64,000 bases of DNA. Origin: Octopus sinensis. Its lineage: Eukaryota. The DNA lies in NCBI RefSeq assembly GCF_006345805.1, contig NC_043003.1, positions 106,020,001 to 106,084,000 on the forward strand, given 5' to 3'. Numbering within the stretch: position 1 is the first letter of the stretch; each line of letters begins with the position of its first letter. Both the position numbers and the translations under genes were made by a program. Below are positions 1-12,170 of this stretch, piece after piece. The notes beneath the pieces were generated by a model that did not search any database, was not told the DNA's origin, and worked only from the letters and a program-made list of their open reading frames with translations.

Positions 1-55
1 GTATTTAATATGAAGATACATAATTAATAACCGTTTCATTAAGGAACACTGAACA

Positions 56-760
56 TCGGTGAGCTGGTAGAATCACTAACGAGTTTGACAAAATACTAAA
101 CGATATTTTTTCCGTTTTTTTTTATCTTCTGGGTTCAAATTCCACCGAGATCGACTTTGCTTTTCATCCTTTCGGGGACGATAAAATGAATACCAGTTGA
201 CCTCTGAGGTCGATGCAGACAACTAAGCGACTGTACTAAAATTCTGGTTTTGTACCAATTTTTTTTATATATCACTATTATTACCTCCGTTTGAGGCGGC
301 GAGCTGGCAGAATCGTTAGAACGCCGGTTAAAATGCTTCGTGGTATTTCGTTCGGAAGGCGGCGAGCTGGCAAAAACGTTAGCACGCCGGTCGAAATACT
401 TAGCAGTATTTCGTCTGGCATTACGTTCTGAGTTCAAATTTCGCCGAGGTCGACTTTGCCTTTCATCCTTTCGGGGTCGATTAAATAAGTACAAGTTACG
501 CACTGGGGTCGATGTAATCGACTTAATCCATTTGTCTTTCCTTGTTTGTCCCCTCTATGTTTGACCCCTTGTGGAATAATAAAGAAATAGGTATTTCGTT
601 CGTCTTTACTTTCTGAGTTCAAATTCCACCAAGATCGATTTTGCCTTTCATCCTTTAAGGTTTGATAAAACAAGTACCAGTCAAATACTGGGGTTGATGA
701 AATCCAGTAACCCCTTCCTTTAAGATTTCAGGCCTTGTGCCTATAACAGAAAGGGTTATT
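56..760 (+). mobile_element. Cluster of SINE family A copies (tRNA-derived)
   Basis: Repeated gagctggcagaa A-box and gagttcaaattcc B-box plus family body. Confidence 0.85.
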
Positions 761-1260
761 ACTATCCCTCATTTTATATATATATCCTTTACTTCAAGTA
801 TGAAGTCAATAATTACTTCGGGGCAACAGCCCCAACGGCGATGGTACCACCGCTAGTTGAAGTGGTGGTGATGGTGGTGGCACTGGGCTTCGTTGCGATA
901 AGGAATTATAAAGCGACCTTTCTATGTGTTCACTTTATGTATGCCACACGTGCAGGCTGAAATTACATGGCCATTGTACACTATATATACACCATGCACA
1001 CTGCATAGTTATCATTCCTGTTTATAGATATACAGATGTATATACATGTACAATAGTGAAAGCTGCATATAGAATTTCCTATGTATACAACTTCTATATT
1101 TCTTCTACAGAACCCTACACGTTAATAAAATATGCACCATAACATGTATACGCATGCGTAGTGTATGTATATGTATGGACGTAACTATAAAGTGTCGTAG
1201 TATCATTAAAGGCAAAAAAAGTATGAAAGTACGAATGCTTGAGTGAAAGATTAAAATTAG

Positions 1261-1549
1261 ATAATTTTCTTTGTTGGCCACACAGGGCTGAACACAGAGG
1301 GAATAAATACAAATGTAGAGCTTTTCTTTTCGAAAATGGAAAAGAAAAAGGAAAAACGGGAACAAATGTAAAATTCCGATCAAAGGGGATCGAGGAAACA
1401 AAAAGGCGATCAAAAGGGATCGTGTATCACAGAAGGAAATTTTTTAAAAAGTAAGAAACAAGATTAGGTTTATCCGTGGAAAGAAAAGCCTACGGAAAAG
1501 ACCATGGTAACCTCAGGCAGGAAAGAAATAAACACATGAGAGCAAAGTG

Positions 1550-1580
<31 letters not shown>

Positions 1581-2186
1581 GATTTACAGGATCATGCTCA
1601 AAGTGGTTTCGTCACTCGCACGCACCATCTTTGTTGCATTCACCCACCTTTTTTGAAACTTTCACGAGACAAAACCTGCCTCTCCCTTCTCACCTTTCTT
1701 TTCAAGTGGTACTTGAAAAAGTTGATGAGCGATTGGCCAGAGAGGTAGGTGTTTTCTCTAAACCTTTCGCTCGAGTCCACCACACACATTCTTTCACCAT
1801 GGCCACAAGTACCATGAAGACTGCCTTGCCTTCCCGGTTGAGGGAAGGTGGCGGAGCAATCTCCACGATAGACTCGGCCGACAGGCGGACTCGTCCCACA
1901 CGTGACTGCAGCGGTTCGGCATAAGCCCACAGGTCCGAAATGGATGGACACTGCACGAGTGCGTGCAGAACAGTTTCGTCGCTCTGACCGCATCGCGGGC
2001 AAGTCGGTCCGGTGTTCTCGAACCGTGCCTGTAGAGCTTATCCCGAACATGTAATGGTTCTCGATAGCACTGCCGGGCCAGGGATCTTTGGTGATTGTCC
2101 ATAGGTCCTGGCCCGAAAGTTGTCTTGAACAGGCGGGTCAGGTGTTCCTCGTCGACGCCCAGATTATGCCCGAGAACGTCGTCGCA
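1261..2186 (-). mobile_element. Tx1/L1-clade LINE 3' fragment (zf-RVT region plus 3' UTR)
   Basis: TTFGPGPMDN, L.VRDKLYRHG, HALVQCPSISDLWAY, KECVWWTR; 5'-truncated and frameshifted. Confidence 0.8.
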
Positions 2187-2224
2187 AGATAGAAAGACAG
2201 ATAGATACAGATAATATGTGTGTA

Positions 2225-2372
2225 TACAGAGAGAGAGAGAGAAAGAGAGAGAGAAGGGGGAAAAGGGGGAAAAGGGGGAAAAGGGGGAGAGAGGGAGGGA
2301 GGGAGAAAGAGAGGGTGGGAGAGGGAGAGAGAGCGGGAGAGAGAGAGAGAGGGGGAGGGAGAGTGGCGGAGA
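2225..2372. repeat. Purine-rich (GA/GGA) tract
   Basis: Low complexity. Confidence 0.9.
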
Positions 2373-2622
2373 GATAACTATATACTTCATAAGTTTTATT
2401 ATCGCAAAAATTATGAAGAGGAAGTGAAAGCGCAAGAGCTGAGAAATAATGTCCTTGCAAGTCATGTAAGGAAGAAAATATAAAGAATCGTATAAAACAA
2501 TACAAGAAGGAGGCTGACGTGAGAATGTATAAGATTTAGGTTTTAATATTTTAGAAGACATAAAATAACAGAGGTGAAAGGTCAACTATGATAGATAAAG
2601 AGGTCAAGTATGATAGACTCAC

Positions 2623-2859
2623 CGACTATTGCCATGTTACCGGTCCATTCGTATTCTAACTTTCTACCGCCGCTTCCTCGACTCTTCGTACCCGTATACT
2701 GCACGACACCGCAGCTGGGTATTTTTGAGGGACCTTCGATTACCGATTCCACAGAAACTGGTTGATCAGGATAGCCTACTGTGATAGTCATTTCGTTAGG
2801 ATAGGCATAACTCTGGCCTTTGGCTTTCACTGCATCGTTCTCAAAAGTCAAAAAAGAAC
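2623..2859 (-). CDS. Exon J; SFLTFENDAVKAKGQSYAYP...IEGPSKIPSCGVVQYTGTKSRGSGGRKLEYEWTGNMAIV
   Basis: Poly-T acceptor (T)14cAG, donor G|GTGAGT (alternative donor possible after EWT); 237 bp, phase 1-1; GP..I.SC...S.GSGGR.L.Y.W resembles the PKD/REJ-like module start. Confidence 0.88.
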
Positions 2860-3926
2860 CTGAAAAAAAAAAAAAAGAATATTACTGAAGATTTCAAAAC
2901 AAGAAATTACAATACTTGTGCCTCTACCAAAATCATTGGCTTCGCCAGTCACCAGTAACTATTTGGCTTGTATTTTCCATATCAACATAACACTGCAAAA
3001 TAGTATTTTGTGAATATGTTAGTTTGGGGGCCATTGACATCACCTTCGGTCTCTCTCACTATTCTGACATTTCGTTTTTCTTTATTGTTTTTGTTTCAAC
3101 AGATTCTATTGGACTGTTGTCATCACTTCGACGAATGAAGATTCAGTGGGACACAGCTGCACGGTGTTCTCAGTTCAATGTTTTTGTCATGTCGTTTCAT
3201 GTGGGAATACAGACCTGTCCACGATCTGTGGACCCTGCAGTGGTGGTCGCCATCATCTAGGAGGGTTAGATTGGACACAGTTCTACCCTGGTCTCTTTTC
3301 TTTTTTAGGCCGCCTCAAAGGTATGGTAGCAAAGGCTTCTCCATCGGGTTCTATTTAGTGCTTTCGATTCCCATGTCTTCAGATTTCAAGTAGGTCTTTA
3401 AAGTGTCCTCATAACGGAACAATGGGCGCCCTTGGTGCCTGGTACCAGAGCAAAGTTGATCACAGAAGTGGGCTTTGGACATTAAACTACTGTTAAATGG
3501 GAATTAATTGTTATTGCTAGAGATGTGGTTCGAACAAAGTCAAGGTGTCAACTATCAGCGATGTAATAGTAACAAAGGATAAACATTTTTTTATAACGAA
3601 CACAGTGGAGGAAAAGTAAATTTCCTGTGACCCTAACCTGAAAACCGGGTTCAATTCCTGCTTGAATCTGTTTCTCGTCAGTTGAGCCCGGATTGCTATA
3701 AACTAAAACAATTATTTTTGTTTGTGGTATTCATGGTCAAAGTAACCGGAATCGGTTCCCGTTTCTCATTGGTTCCCGCGCCATGGATGAAAAAGTGTTT
3801 ATCTTGTCAACACTGGAAGTGAAAGTATTTTCCTTCGTTGAAAAAGTGAAAGAGTTTTTTTTTCTCCAGAAAATGAAATTAGGAAAGAACGAGTAAGTAT
3901 TGACAATTAGAGGCCTGCAAAATATT

Positions 3927-4172
3927 GGTTGTAGAGTACCGACTGTTGAGTACCGACTGTTGAGTACCGACTGCCGAGTACTGGCTGTCGAGTACTGATT
4001 GTATAGTACTGGTTGTAGGGTACCGACTGTAGAGTACCGATAGTAGAGTACTGTCTATACAGTACCGATTGGACTGTAGAATACCGATTGTAGACTACTG
4101 TCTGTAGACCACTGGTTAAAGAGTACTGGCTGTAGAGTAAAATCCATAGAGTACCGGTTGCAGAGTACTGAT
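3927..4172. repeat. Minisatellite, 14-15-bp unit gactgtagagtacc
   Basis: Roughly 16 degenerate tandem copies. Confidence 0.85.
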
Positions 4173-4632
4173 TAGTTACTATAAAGGATCCAGTATGACA
4201 AACGAATGTTGTTGTACCGAAGTGGGATTATGCAAAAAGAAGAAATAAAGGCAATATTCGATTTTTATACACAATTAGACTGATATTTAATCGGATTGAT
4301 GCGGTTTTGTGCCTTTCCAACGATGCATTTGAATAATTATTAAAAGCTATTAGATTCATTTATCCCTTTTATTAAAAGAAACAAAACATTCACTTCTTGC
4401 CCAATAAAATCCTTTCATTGTTTTCTTTAAGGAAAACACTTTCGATTTTCGCCCCGGAAAACACTTTCTGCTGCTCCTGTTGCTATTACTTTTTTTCTTT
4501 TGTTTGTATTGCAAAACATCCTTACTTTTCTATTTCAATGAAGCATAACATACGAACACATGCCGTGACAATCAGAAAATTATCAGTAATTATATGGTAT
4601 AATATAGAAGCATTGGTCTTTCGAAATCTTAC

Positions 4633-4803
4633 CTGCCTCTATGAGATCATTTCCTTTGCCTACCGTTATGGTCAATGTCGAATCAGAGTACCAGTTACAA
4701 GCAGCTTCGTTACCAAGTTGAGTTGTGTTTGTAAAAATTTTGTCACATGTCACGAGTGCAGCAGTGTCAATCGGTCGGTCGAACTTTACCTCAATAACAG
4801 CTC
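4633..4803 (-). CDS. Exon I; GAVIEVKFDRPIDTAALVTCDKIFTNTTQLGNEAACNWYSDSTLTITVGKGNDLIEA
   Basis: Acceptor gtttgttAG, donor CAG|GTAAGA; 171 bp, phase 1-1; C-x-x-IF...LG-x-x-A-x-C-x-W motif seen upstream of REJ modules. Confidence 0.9.
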
Positions 4804-5554
4804 CTAACAAACGAGAAATCAATTATATCAGGATAAACTTTTACATTTAAATAGAAAACAAAAACAATTTGATGTCCATTCTTATTTCTCTAACACTTCT
4901 ATTTCGTCTTCCCGTATTCGGGACCACAAAGCTAAGCATCAACTCCGCCTGTGGTCCCTCTTTATTTTCTGATTTACAGATCGGACACAAGCTTCCACAT
5001 GCCTTTAACTGGCTGAAGGAGCACACCACCAGGCCATGCATCCATCGACAAGGATTACTTTTCACTGTTCCTGTGATGGTATATGGGACTCCACGAGTTC
5101 AAATCCTGGTACAGACATAAGCAACTGTTGCCCTCTAATATCATGTGCTTGTGTTAAAAGCCATCGCTATTGTACACACAGCTGTACCTATTCTACAAAG
5201 AATTATTGTTGTTGTTGTTGATATTGTTGCAGGGATCAGAGAGTGCGATTTGTGGCTAGTCTACATGGCAGGATATGCTTTTGACTTACTATGTGCGAAG
5301 ATACAACTGTCATATCTTCAAAGTTCTTTTTATTGAACAATTTGATGTCCGTTCATATTTCTCTAACATTTCTATTTCGTCTCCCCGTATTCGGGGCTAC
5401 AAAAGTATCTTGCATATTATAAACCTGAGGAATTTCTCAGTGATTCAAAATGGTAAATATCGTAGAACTGGTAGCATATTTGATATCTTTGGGTTTTTTT
5501 AAATAAATTCTATAATATTAAATGCATTGTTGATTCTTTATTTTTTACTTATAC

Positions 5555-5870
5555 CTATTTCAGTTATTGAACTGCGGCCAAGATGGGGCATCGCATTGAA
5601 GGGTTCAGTTGAAGAAATCGGTGGTACTTAGTCTATGGGTCTCTTTAAATAAACCAAGGCCGGCTGTCCAGTGGCGGGGGAGCACACACATACATACACG
5701 CATTCGATGGGCTTCCACACAGTTTCTCTCTAACGAACTCACAAGGCATTGATCTGCCCGGAGCTATAGCATAAAACTCTTTCCCAAGGTGTCTCGCAGT
5801 GGGACTGAACAGGAAACCGCGTGGTTGGGAAGTAAGTTTCTTAGCCACACAGCCATGCTTTCGCCTGCAT
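5555..5870 (-). mobile_element. Older diverged SINE B copy
   Basis: Degenerate head and core. Confidence 0.65.
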
Positions 5871-6010
5871 GGTTCAGTATTTTGAGAAAAAAAAAGAAGA
5901 AAGAAAACCTTATTAATTCTGAGGACTGGATACAGACTCTGTATGTTGGGTTTGGTGGCCCTGTGTTACTGCAACATTTAAATATACTTGATATTGTATA
6001 TTCAGTAGAA

Positions 6011-6407
6011 ATCTTTATATATAAAAATCAGGTTGTGTGTCTGTCTCCTACGATTTAGATTCCTAACTACTCCCACATTTTGCGGTGCAGTGTAACCAAA
6101 AGCGGGTATCTTATAGTTGTGATTCATATCGAGCCCTTCTGGGTATTAGCGCGCGTCTACGATGAGTCTACGATTTTAAAAATAATTTACCATCATTTTT
6201 TCCATTTTGATGCATTTTTTCGCTATTATATAAGGGAAGTAACTCTCTAAAAATGTCTACGATAAGTCAACGATTAAAAAAAAAATTACCATCATTTTTT
6301 TTTCCATTTTTAATGCATTTTTTGCTATTTTTTGGCTATAACTCTCTAAAATGCTTATATAGTTATTTCCCTTACAAACCCGAGCAACGCCGGGCGATAC
6401 TGCTAGT
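6011..6407 (-). mobile_element. Helentron/DINE-like non-autonomous element
   Basis: Starts actagcagtatcgcccggcgttgctcggg (5' hairpin), ends tatatataaagat. Confidence 0.5.
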
Positions 6408-6480
6408 AAACAAATAAAAGTATTGTTTTTGACATAAAGGTAATTAAATGAGCATTTCATAAATTTAGGAATAATCTTAC

Positions 6481-6669
6481 CAGTAGAACCAAAGTTTGAA
6501 GATTGAACTGACGGTTCTTTGGCAATAACTGTGACTTCGTACGGACCACCAAAGACATCAATACCGTTGAAAGATAAACCAACTTGAAATTTTTGACTTG
6601 ATGTAAGTTTAGGGAGTGGGCAGAGGTCATTCGTTTTGTTGGCAACATGAACGACGACATTGTTTGAAT
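6481..6669 (-). CDS. Exon H; DSNNVVVHVANKTNDLCPLP...FQVGLSFNGIDVFGGPYEVTVIAKEPSVQSSNFGST
   Basis: Acceptor tatttttcAG, donor CTG|GTAAGA; 189 bp, phase 1-1; C-P-x-P...V-x-L-S-F-N-G resembles the C-terminal half of IPT/TIG domains. Confidence 0.88.
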
Positions 6670-6924
6670 CTGAAAAATAACAGGAAAAATATAATACAGA
6701 TAATTAGGTGGAGAGAGAAGCAAATATTAAACCAGTTAAAATTTATTTCACTGCAGTTTGCTATGGAGGAAATGTCTCGCTTTAAACAAAAACTGTAAAC
6801 ACGTCAAAGTCAATTCAAAGCGCCCCCTATTGACTGGTAGATGCTCCTGGATTTCAGTTGTGATCATCTTCTTGAGTTGTTATAAATTTGTTGCTACTCC
6901 ATGTTACATTATTTTTTAATACTT

Positions 6925-8235
6925 TACCACGAAGCAGATGGTCTCTGACAATTGTCTAGCATATCTCTTCAATGACCTGTGGGTTTGAGATGTTTTTGCT
7001 CAGTCCATTCGGCGCTGCTTGTTTAACGACGCTGATTCGACGCCAATAAGCTGGAACGCATGCTCTTTCGCTTTTTGTGGAGGAGCAGAAGACCTCTTGT
7101 AAGGCGCTCTATCTGCTGCCAAAAGCCGCTGAAGGGTGGGCTAGGGATGCCATGGCCAAAAATGCGCAGACATGCGCTCAGGTTTAGACACCTCTGGTTT
7201 TACCTGGATGGTGAGCAGGTGTGGTCTCCGTTCGTCAAGCTGTTATTTCCACAGTTCACATCGTTACCAAACTGAACCCATGGATCAAGTGTAGACCGAG
7301 GTTGGGCGTGTGGCATGCAGAGTGCCATCAGGCACTCGTGCTTCTCTCTCAGTCGGGCAACGCCGGTGGCGGGGGTACTACCTCGTTCTTCTATAGAGGG
7401 TTAGTAGAGTTCAAGTGTGACGATGTCCTGGGAGAAACCTTAGGCTTCGACGAAGATCAACTGGCCAACCTGTTCCAAAGAACATTCGGTCCGGGACCTA
7501 TGGATAATTACCAAAAGTCCCTGACCTGGCAATATTACAGAGGAGCTTTACTGGTTCGAGATAAGCTCTTTAGACATGGGTGTGTGCCTTTGCAAGATGC
7601 GAGCAGGACAGTGAAACTGCCCTGCACGCGATTATGCAATGCCCCAAGGTGACTGAGCTCTGGGCTTATGTCGAACACCTGCTGTCGCATTCGAGAAGAG
7701 TACAACTGTCGAGCGACTCTGTAATTAAGATCGTTCCGCCGACCTCCCTGATTAGGGAGGAGCGAGCCTGTTTTCTCTCGGTAGTTGCTGTTGTGAAAGA
7801 CGTAGTATGGAAGACGAGAGTGAAAGGAATTGCAACAGACATGTTCATCTCTAGTCTCGAGCTAATCGACTTTTCCATTTTCCACATGAAACGGAAAATA
7901 AGGCTGGAGAAGAATTGCCTGTAGCAAAGTGTGTGTGTTTTGTAAAAGATGGAAGTCTATAGCAAGCATGTTGCGAGCGAAAGAACCTGTTTAAACGAGA
8001 ATATAAAAAAGGAGAAAGCAAAGTCCTCAGTGTGAGTATGTGGTTTGTGGGGTCAACCGTGTCCTCCGCTTCATTTTTTTGTTAGTCACGCATTCTCATT
8101 TAATTGTATATATTTTAATTGTTTGTTTATTCATACGTTTCGTCTCATTCGATACCCTGACCCCAATGTTTGTTTTGTCTGTCCCCGTATTGTCCCCTCT
8201 TTTTCTCAACCTTATGGTGAATAAAGAAATTGACT
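6925..8235 (+). mobile_element. Tx1/L1-clade LINE 3' fragment, same family
   Basis: LFRFLWRSRRPLVRRSICCQKPLKGGLGMP, RTFGPGPMDN, ALHAIMQCPKVTELWAY; ends at aataaagaaatt. Confidence 0.85.
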
Positions 8236-8653
8236 TATTTAACCCCAGATGTTTTATTGTTCCTCAAAGTTTGCATCATTCAGTCGGTGACGTCATTCAT
8301 GGATCAGCAGTTACTTATAAGGGTAACGTCTTCTCTCGAGACCACTTGCGCAGCGTATTGCCTTTCCATGTCCTAACGTACACGAACATGCTAAATATTG
8401 CTGCATGTAACTACACATGCACGTGCGCACACGCACACACTCACAAATACACACACATATTAATGCTTGTATTTAAATGGAGTTTTATATAAACACAATA
8501 AAACATTGAACTGGAGAATCATGAGATAGTTTTTAGTTGGTTGTACATTAAATTTTACAAGGAAAAAGCTGATAGCAGCATCAGTCTGATGACGAATGGT
8601 AAACCGAGGCTTCGGAGTCACTGTTAATCCTTTTCTTGCCCAAATTAATACAT

Positions 8654-8655
<2 letters not shown>

Positions 8656-8697
<42 letters not shown>

Positions 8698-8750
8698 ACA
8701 AACAAACAAACACACACAAACACACACACACACACAAACACACACACAAA

Positions 8751-8787
<37 letters not shown>

Positions 8788-8820
8788 GCGCGCACGCACA
8801 CACACGCACACACACACAAA
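8656..8820. repeat. (CA)n microsatellite directly downstream of exon G
   Basis: Direct reading. Confidence 0.95.
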
Positions 8821-8849
8821 ATAACGGTGGAGAAATACTTGATACAAAC

Positions 8850-8963
8850 CATAAAAGAGGCATTGCACTTGGTCTGCTACGCTGACACTGACAGATAAAG
8901 AAAGATCGCTGGGCTGTTTTGTGTCGAGAGTAAGATTCAAAGGACTGACCGAACTTACGATTT
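8850..8963 (-). CDS. Exon G; [38 protein letters not shown]
   Basis: Strong acceptor ttttatttctttgcAG, donor TATG|GTTTGT; 114 bp, phase 1-1; looks like the N-terminal half of an IPT/TIG-like domain. Confidence 0.8.
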
Positions 8964-9016
8964 CTGCAAAGAAATAAAATAATAGACAGGATTTTAAGGA
9001 AAGTTAATGGATGGGA

Positions 9017-9365
9017 TGGAAGCACTCCATCGGTTACGACGATGAGGGTTCCGGTTGATCCGAATCAACGGAACAGCCTGCTCGTGAAATTAACGTGTAC
9101 CCTTAACGTAGTTCTCGGGGATATTCAGCGTGACACAGAGAGTGACAAGGCCGGCCCCTTGAAATACAGGTACAACAGAAACAGGAAGTAAGAGAAAGTT
9201 GTGGTGAAATAGTACAGCAGGGATCACCACCATCCCCTGCCGGAGCCTCGTGGAGCTTTAGGTGTTTTCGCTCAATAAACACTCACAATGCCCGGTCTGG
9301 GAATCGAAACCGCGATCCTATGACCGCGAGTCCGCTGCCCTAACCACTGGGCCATTGTGCCTCCA
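9017..9365 (-). mobile_element. SINE family C (tRNA-like head)
   Basis: Head tggcccagtggttagggcagcggactcgcggtcataggatcgcggtttcgattcc; tail accgacggagtgcttcca. Confidence 0.9.
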
Positions 9366-9426
9366 CAAGCGAGGTGTAAGATTAAAGAATGAAACTAAGT
9401 CAGTTTCAACTGTAACGGAGAGTCAG

Positions 9427-9485
9427 CAAAAAGACAGGGGCTCCATCATCCCCTCCAAAAGACAGGGGCTCCATCATCCCCTCCA
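9427..9485. repeat. Tandem duplication of aaaagacaggggctccatcatcccctcc
   Basis: Two adjacent copies. Confidence 0.85.
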
Positions 9486-9544
9486 AATGAAGACATTTAA
9501 GAAATAGGGAAAATGAAACATTCGTTCGTATCAGAGTTTAAAGA

Positions 9545-10085
9545 AGGCTGCGAGCTGACAGAACAGTTAGAGCGTCGAAAGCAGTGTTTAACGGTAGTTC
9601 GTTTGGCTCTTGCGTTCTGAGTTCAAACTTCGTAAAGATATACTTTGCCTGCCAACGTTGAAGGATCGATAAAATAAATACCAGTTGAGTTCTGGTTTCG
9701 ATAACATCAACTTGCCCTTTTTCTAAAAATATTAGCCTTCCAACAAAATTTGAAACCGTTATTTAGAATTTGAAGGACGCTTGTTGAAGGAAACAGTACT
9801 ATCATGAAGTGTTTGACAGAATGTAATTTTGTCCCCGCTATGTTTTGAATTCTAAATTTGTTCCATTTTGCTTTGCATCATATCATAAAGGTCTCAAATT
9901 TTGACACAAGGCCAACAATTTTAGGGGAGAGGGATAAGTTGATTACATCGACCCCAGTCCACAACTGGTACTTATTTCGCGGATCTCGAAAGGATGAAAA
10001 GCAAAGTCAACCTCGGCGGATTCTGAGCTTAAAGCGTAAATAACCGGAAGAAATACCACTAAGCATTTTGTCCGACACGCTCTAC
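9545..10085. mobile_element. Two degenerate SINE A copies (+ 9545-9770, - 9880-10085)
   Basis: Recognisable body motifs in opposite orientations. Confidence 0.65.
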
Positions 10086-10480
10086 AGAAATTCATAAGCG
10101 CCACCCACGGCGATGCACACGAAATTATTTTGACTTCTTTCATAGTCCTGGGCATCGACAACCATATTATGATTCCTGCAGGATTTCAAGGTCAATACCA
10201 CTACGAACGGTAAGGAATTGGATGCTGTGGATACCCTTAGGTTGAGGACTGACCAAGAGAAGGCCATACATTTTTCAGCAAGATTTCGCTCTCCCAGATG
10301 GCCTTCACCACCCAGGAGTAACTGATCGAGAATTTTCACGATCAAGTGACTCATAGAATGCGACCCATGGGTTCTCTTAATGTAATCCCTGGACTATTAC
10401 GTCTGCAGTGTTGTTGAAAGAGAAAGAAAACTGTTGATCACATTCGAGCGTCATCCTGCATGTGAGGACAACACGAACAA
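10085..10480 (+). mobile_element. Tc1/mariner (maT-like) transposase remnant
   Basis: KVNT..Y, FQQD, NP.DYYVCSVVERE motifs across frameshifts. Confidence 0.55.
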
Positions 10481-11203
10481 AAATCTTCTGATCCTGGCAT
10501 GGCATTGGTTTCTATGACCGCAGGGAGACGGTCGTTGAGGCTGAGCACAGGTTTATTGAATAACCTATGTCTTTAGCATATTTTGTTAAGCATGGAAAAG
10601 ATTTCTCTGAAAACCTATCGTTTTCATTTTAACATATTCTGTTTTGATGTCAGTCATTTTGGGGTTGTTAGTATGCGAGCAAGATGGAAAGCTCAGTGCT
10701 ATGTGAATGAAATCCCTCGAGGTAATTGCTCTCATCCAATAGCACTCTCCCTCATTACTCTTACTCTTTCAATGCAGGGATCCACTGATAATTGGCCTGT
10801 TGAATATCTCTAACGACGCTATTGTTTAGAAATTGCAATATGATATAAAAGCAAAAACTAAAGTCGGGAAGTTCGCTTTTTTCCGTCGCATTCATCGCCA
10901 TTGTCCGATCTCCGAATTTACAGACAACAATAAAATCCCTGCATGCTAATTATCAAAGGATCTGCAAAGATAGTGGTGGAATTAATTTTGCTCGTATGGT
11001 AATGTTTATTTGCTAGCTTAACTAGTTTATTTTTTTAGCTAGCTGGAAATGGCAGCCAAATGTCCTTCACATCACACTTCACGATCTTAGACAGATGGAA
11101 AACCTCACTGGATAATGTATTTCTAGATTTATACTATGACTGCAAAAGAAAAAGGCGAGATAGTTATGACTTCAACACTTCTGATCACTGATCTGGTCGA
11201 TCA

Positions 11204-12170
11204 GGCGGCGAGCTGGCAGAAACGTTAGCACGCCGGGCGAATTGCTTAGCGATATTTCGTCTGCCGCTACGTTCTGAGTTCAAATTCCGCCGAGGTCGAC
11301 TTTGACTTTCATCCTTTCGGGGTCGATAAATTAAGTACCAGTTACGCACTGGGGTCGATATAATCGACTTAATCCGTTTGTCTGTCCTTCTTTGTCCTCT
11401 CTGTGTTTAGCCCCTTGTGGGTAGTAAAGAAATAGGTATTTACTCTGCCGCTACGTTCTGAGTTCAAATTCCGCTGAGGTCGACTTTGCCTTTCATCCTT
11501 TCAGGGTCGATAAATTAAGTACCAGTTACGCACTGGGGTCGATATAATCGACTTAATCCGTTTGTCTGTCCTTCTTTGTTCTCTCTGTGTTTAGCCCCTT
11601 GTGGGTAGTAAAGAAATAGGTATTTCGTCTGCCGCTACGTTCTGAGTCCAAATTCCGCCGAGGTCGACTTTGCCTTTCATCCTTTCGGGGTCGATAAATT
11701 AAGTACCAGTTACGTACTGGGGTCGATATAATCGACTTAATCCGTTTGTCTGTCCTTCTTTGTCCTCCCTGTATTTAGCCCCTTGTGGGTAGTAAAGAAA
11801 TAGATATTTCGTCTGCCGCTACGTTCTGAGTTCAAATTCCGCCGAGGTCGACTTTGCCTTTTATCCTTTCGGGGTCGATAAATTAAGTACCAATTACGTA
11901 CTGGGGTCGATATAATCGACTTAATCCGTTTGTCTGTCCTTCTTTGTCCTCTCTGTATTTAGCCCCTTGTGGGTAGTAAAGAAATAGGTATTTCGTCTGC
12001 CGCTACGTTCTGAGTTCAAATTCCGCCGAGGTCGACTTTGCCTTTCATCCTTTCGGGGTCGATAAATTAAGTACCAATTACGTACTGGGGTCGATATAAT
12101 CGACTTAATCCGTTTGTCTGTCCTTGTTTGTCCCCTCTATGTTTAGCCCCTTGTGGGCAATAAAGAAATA
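11204..12170 (+). mobile_element. SINE A pentamer (one full head plus four 184-bp head-less units)
   Basis: Unit boundaries at 11435, 11619, 11803, 11987; single TSD gatctggtcgatca at 11190-11203 and 12172-12185. Confidence 0.95.

Noticed and set aside
135-673. Recurring ORFs such as MRNWYL..RPRKDERQSRPRRN and MPNRY..YDRLLSVSVYQIHSQG
   Set aside because: Chance frames in SINE A and SINE B, with stops in other copies
10800-10938. Possible extra exon DFIVVCKFGDRT (IPT-like) on the minus strand
   Set aside because: Phase incompatible, no good donor, and exons F and G already join in frame
11204-12170. Regular 184-bp array as CRISPR or satellite
   Set aside because: Units are SINE bodies found dispersed throughout the window, with no unique spacers
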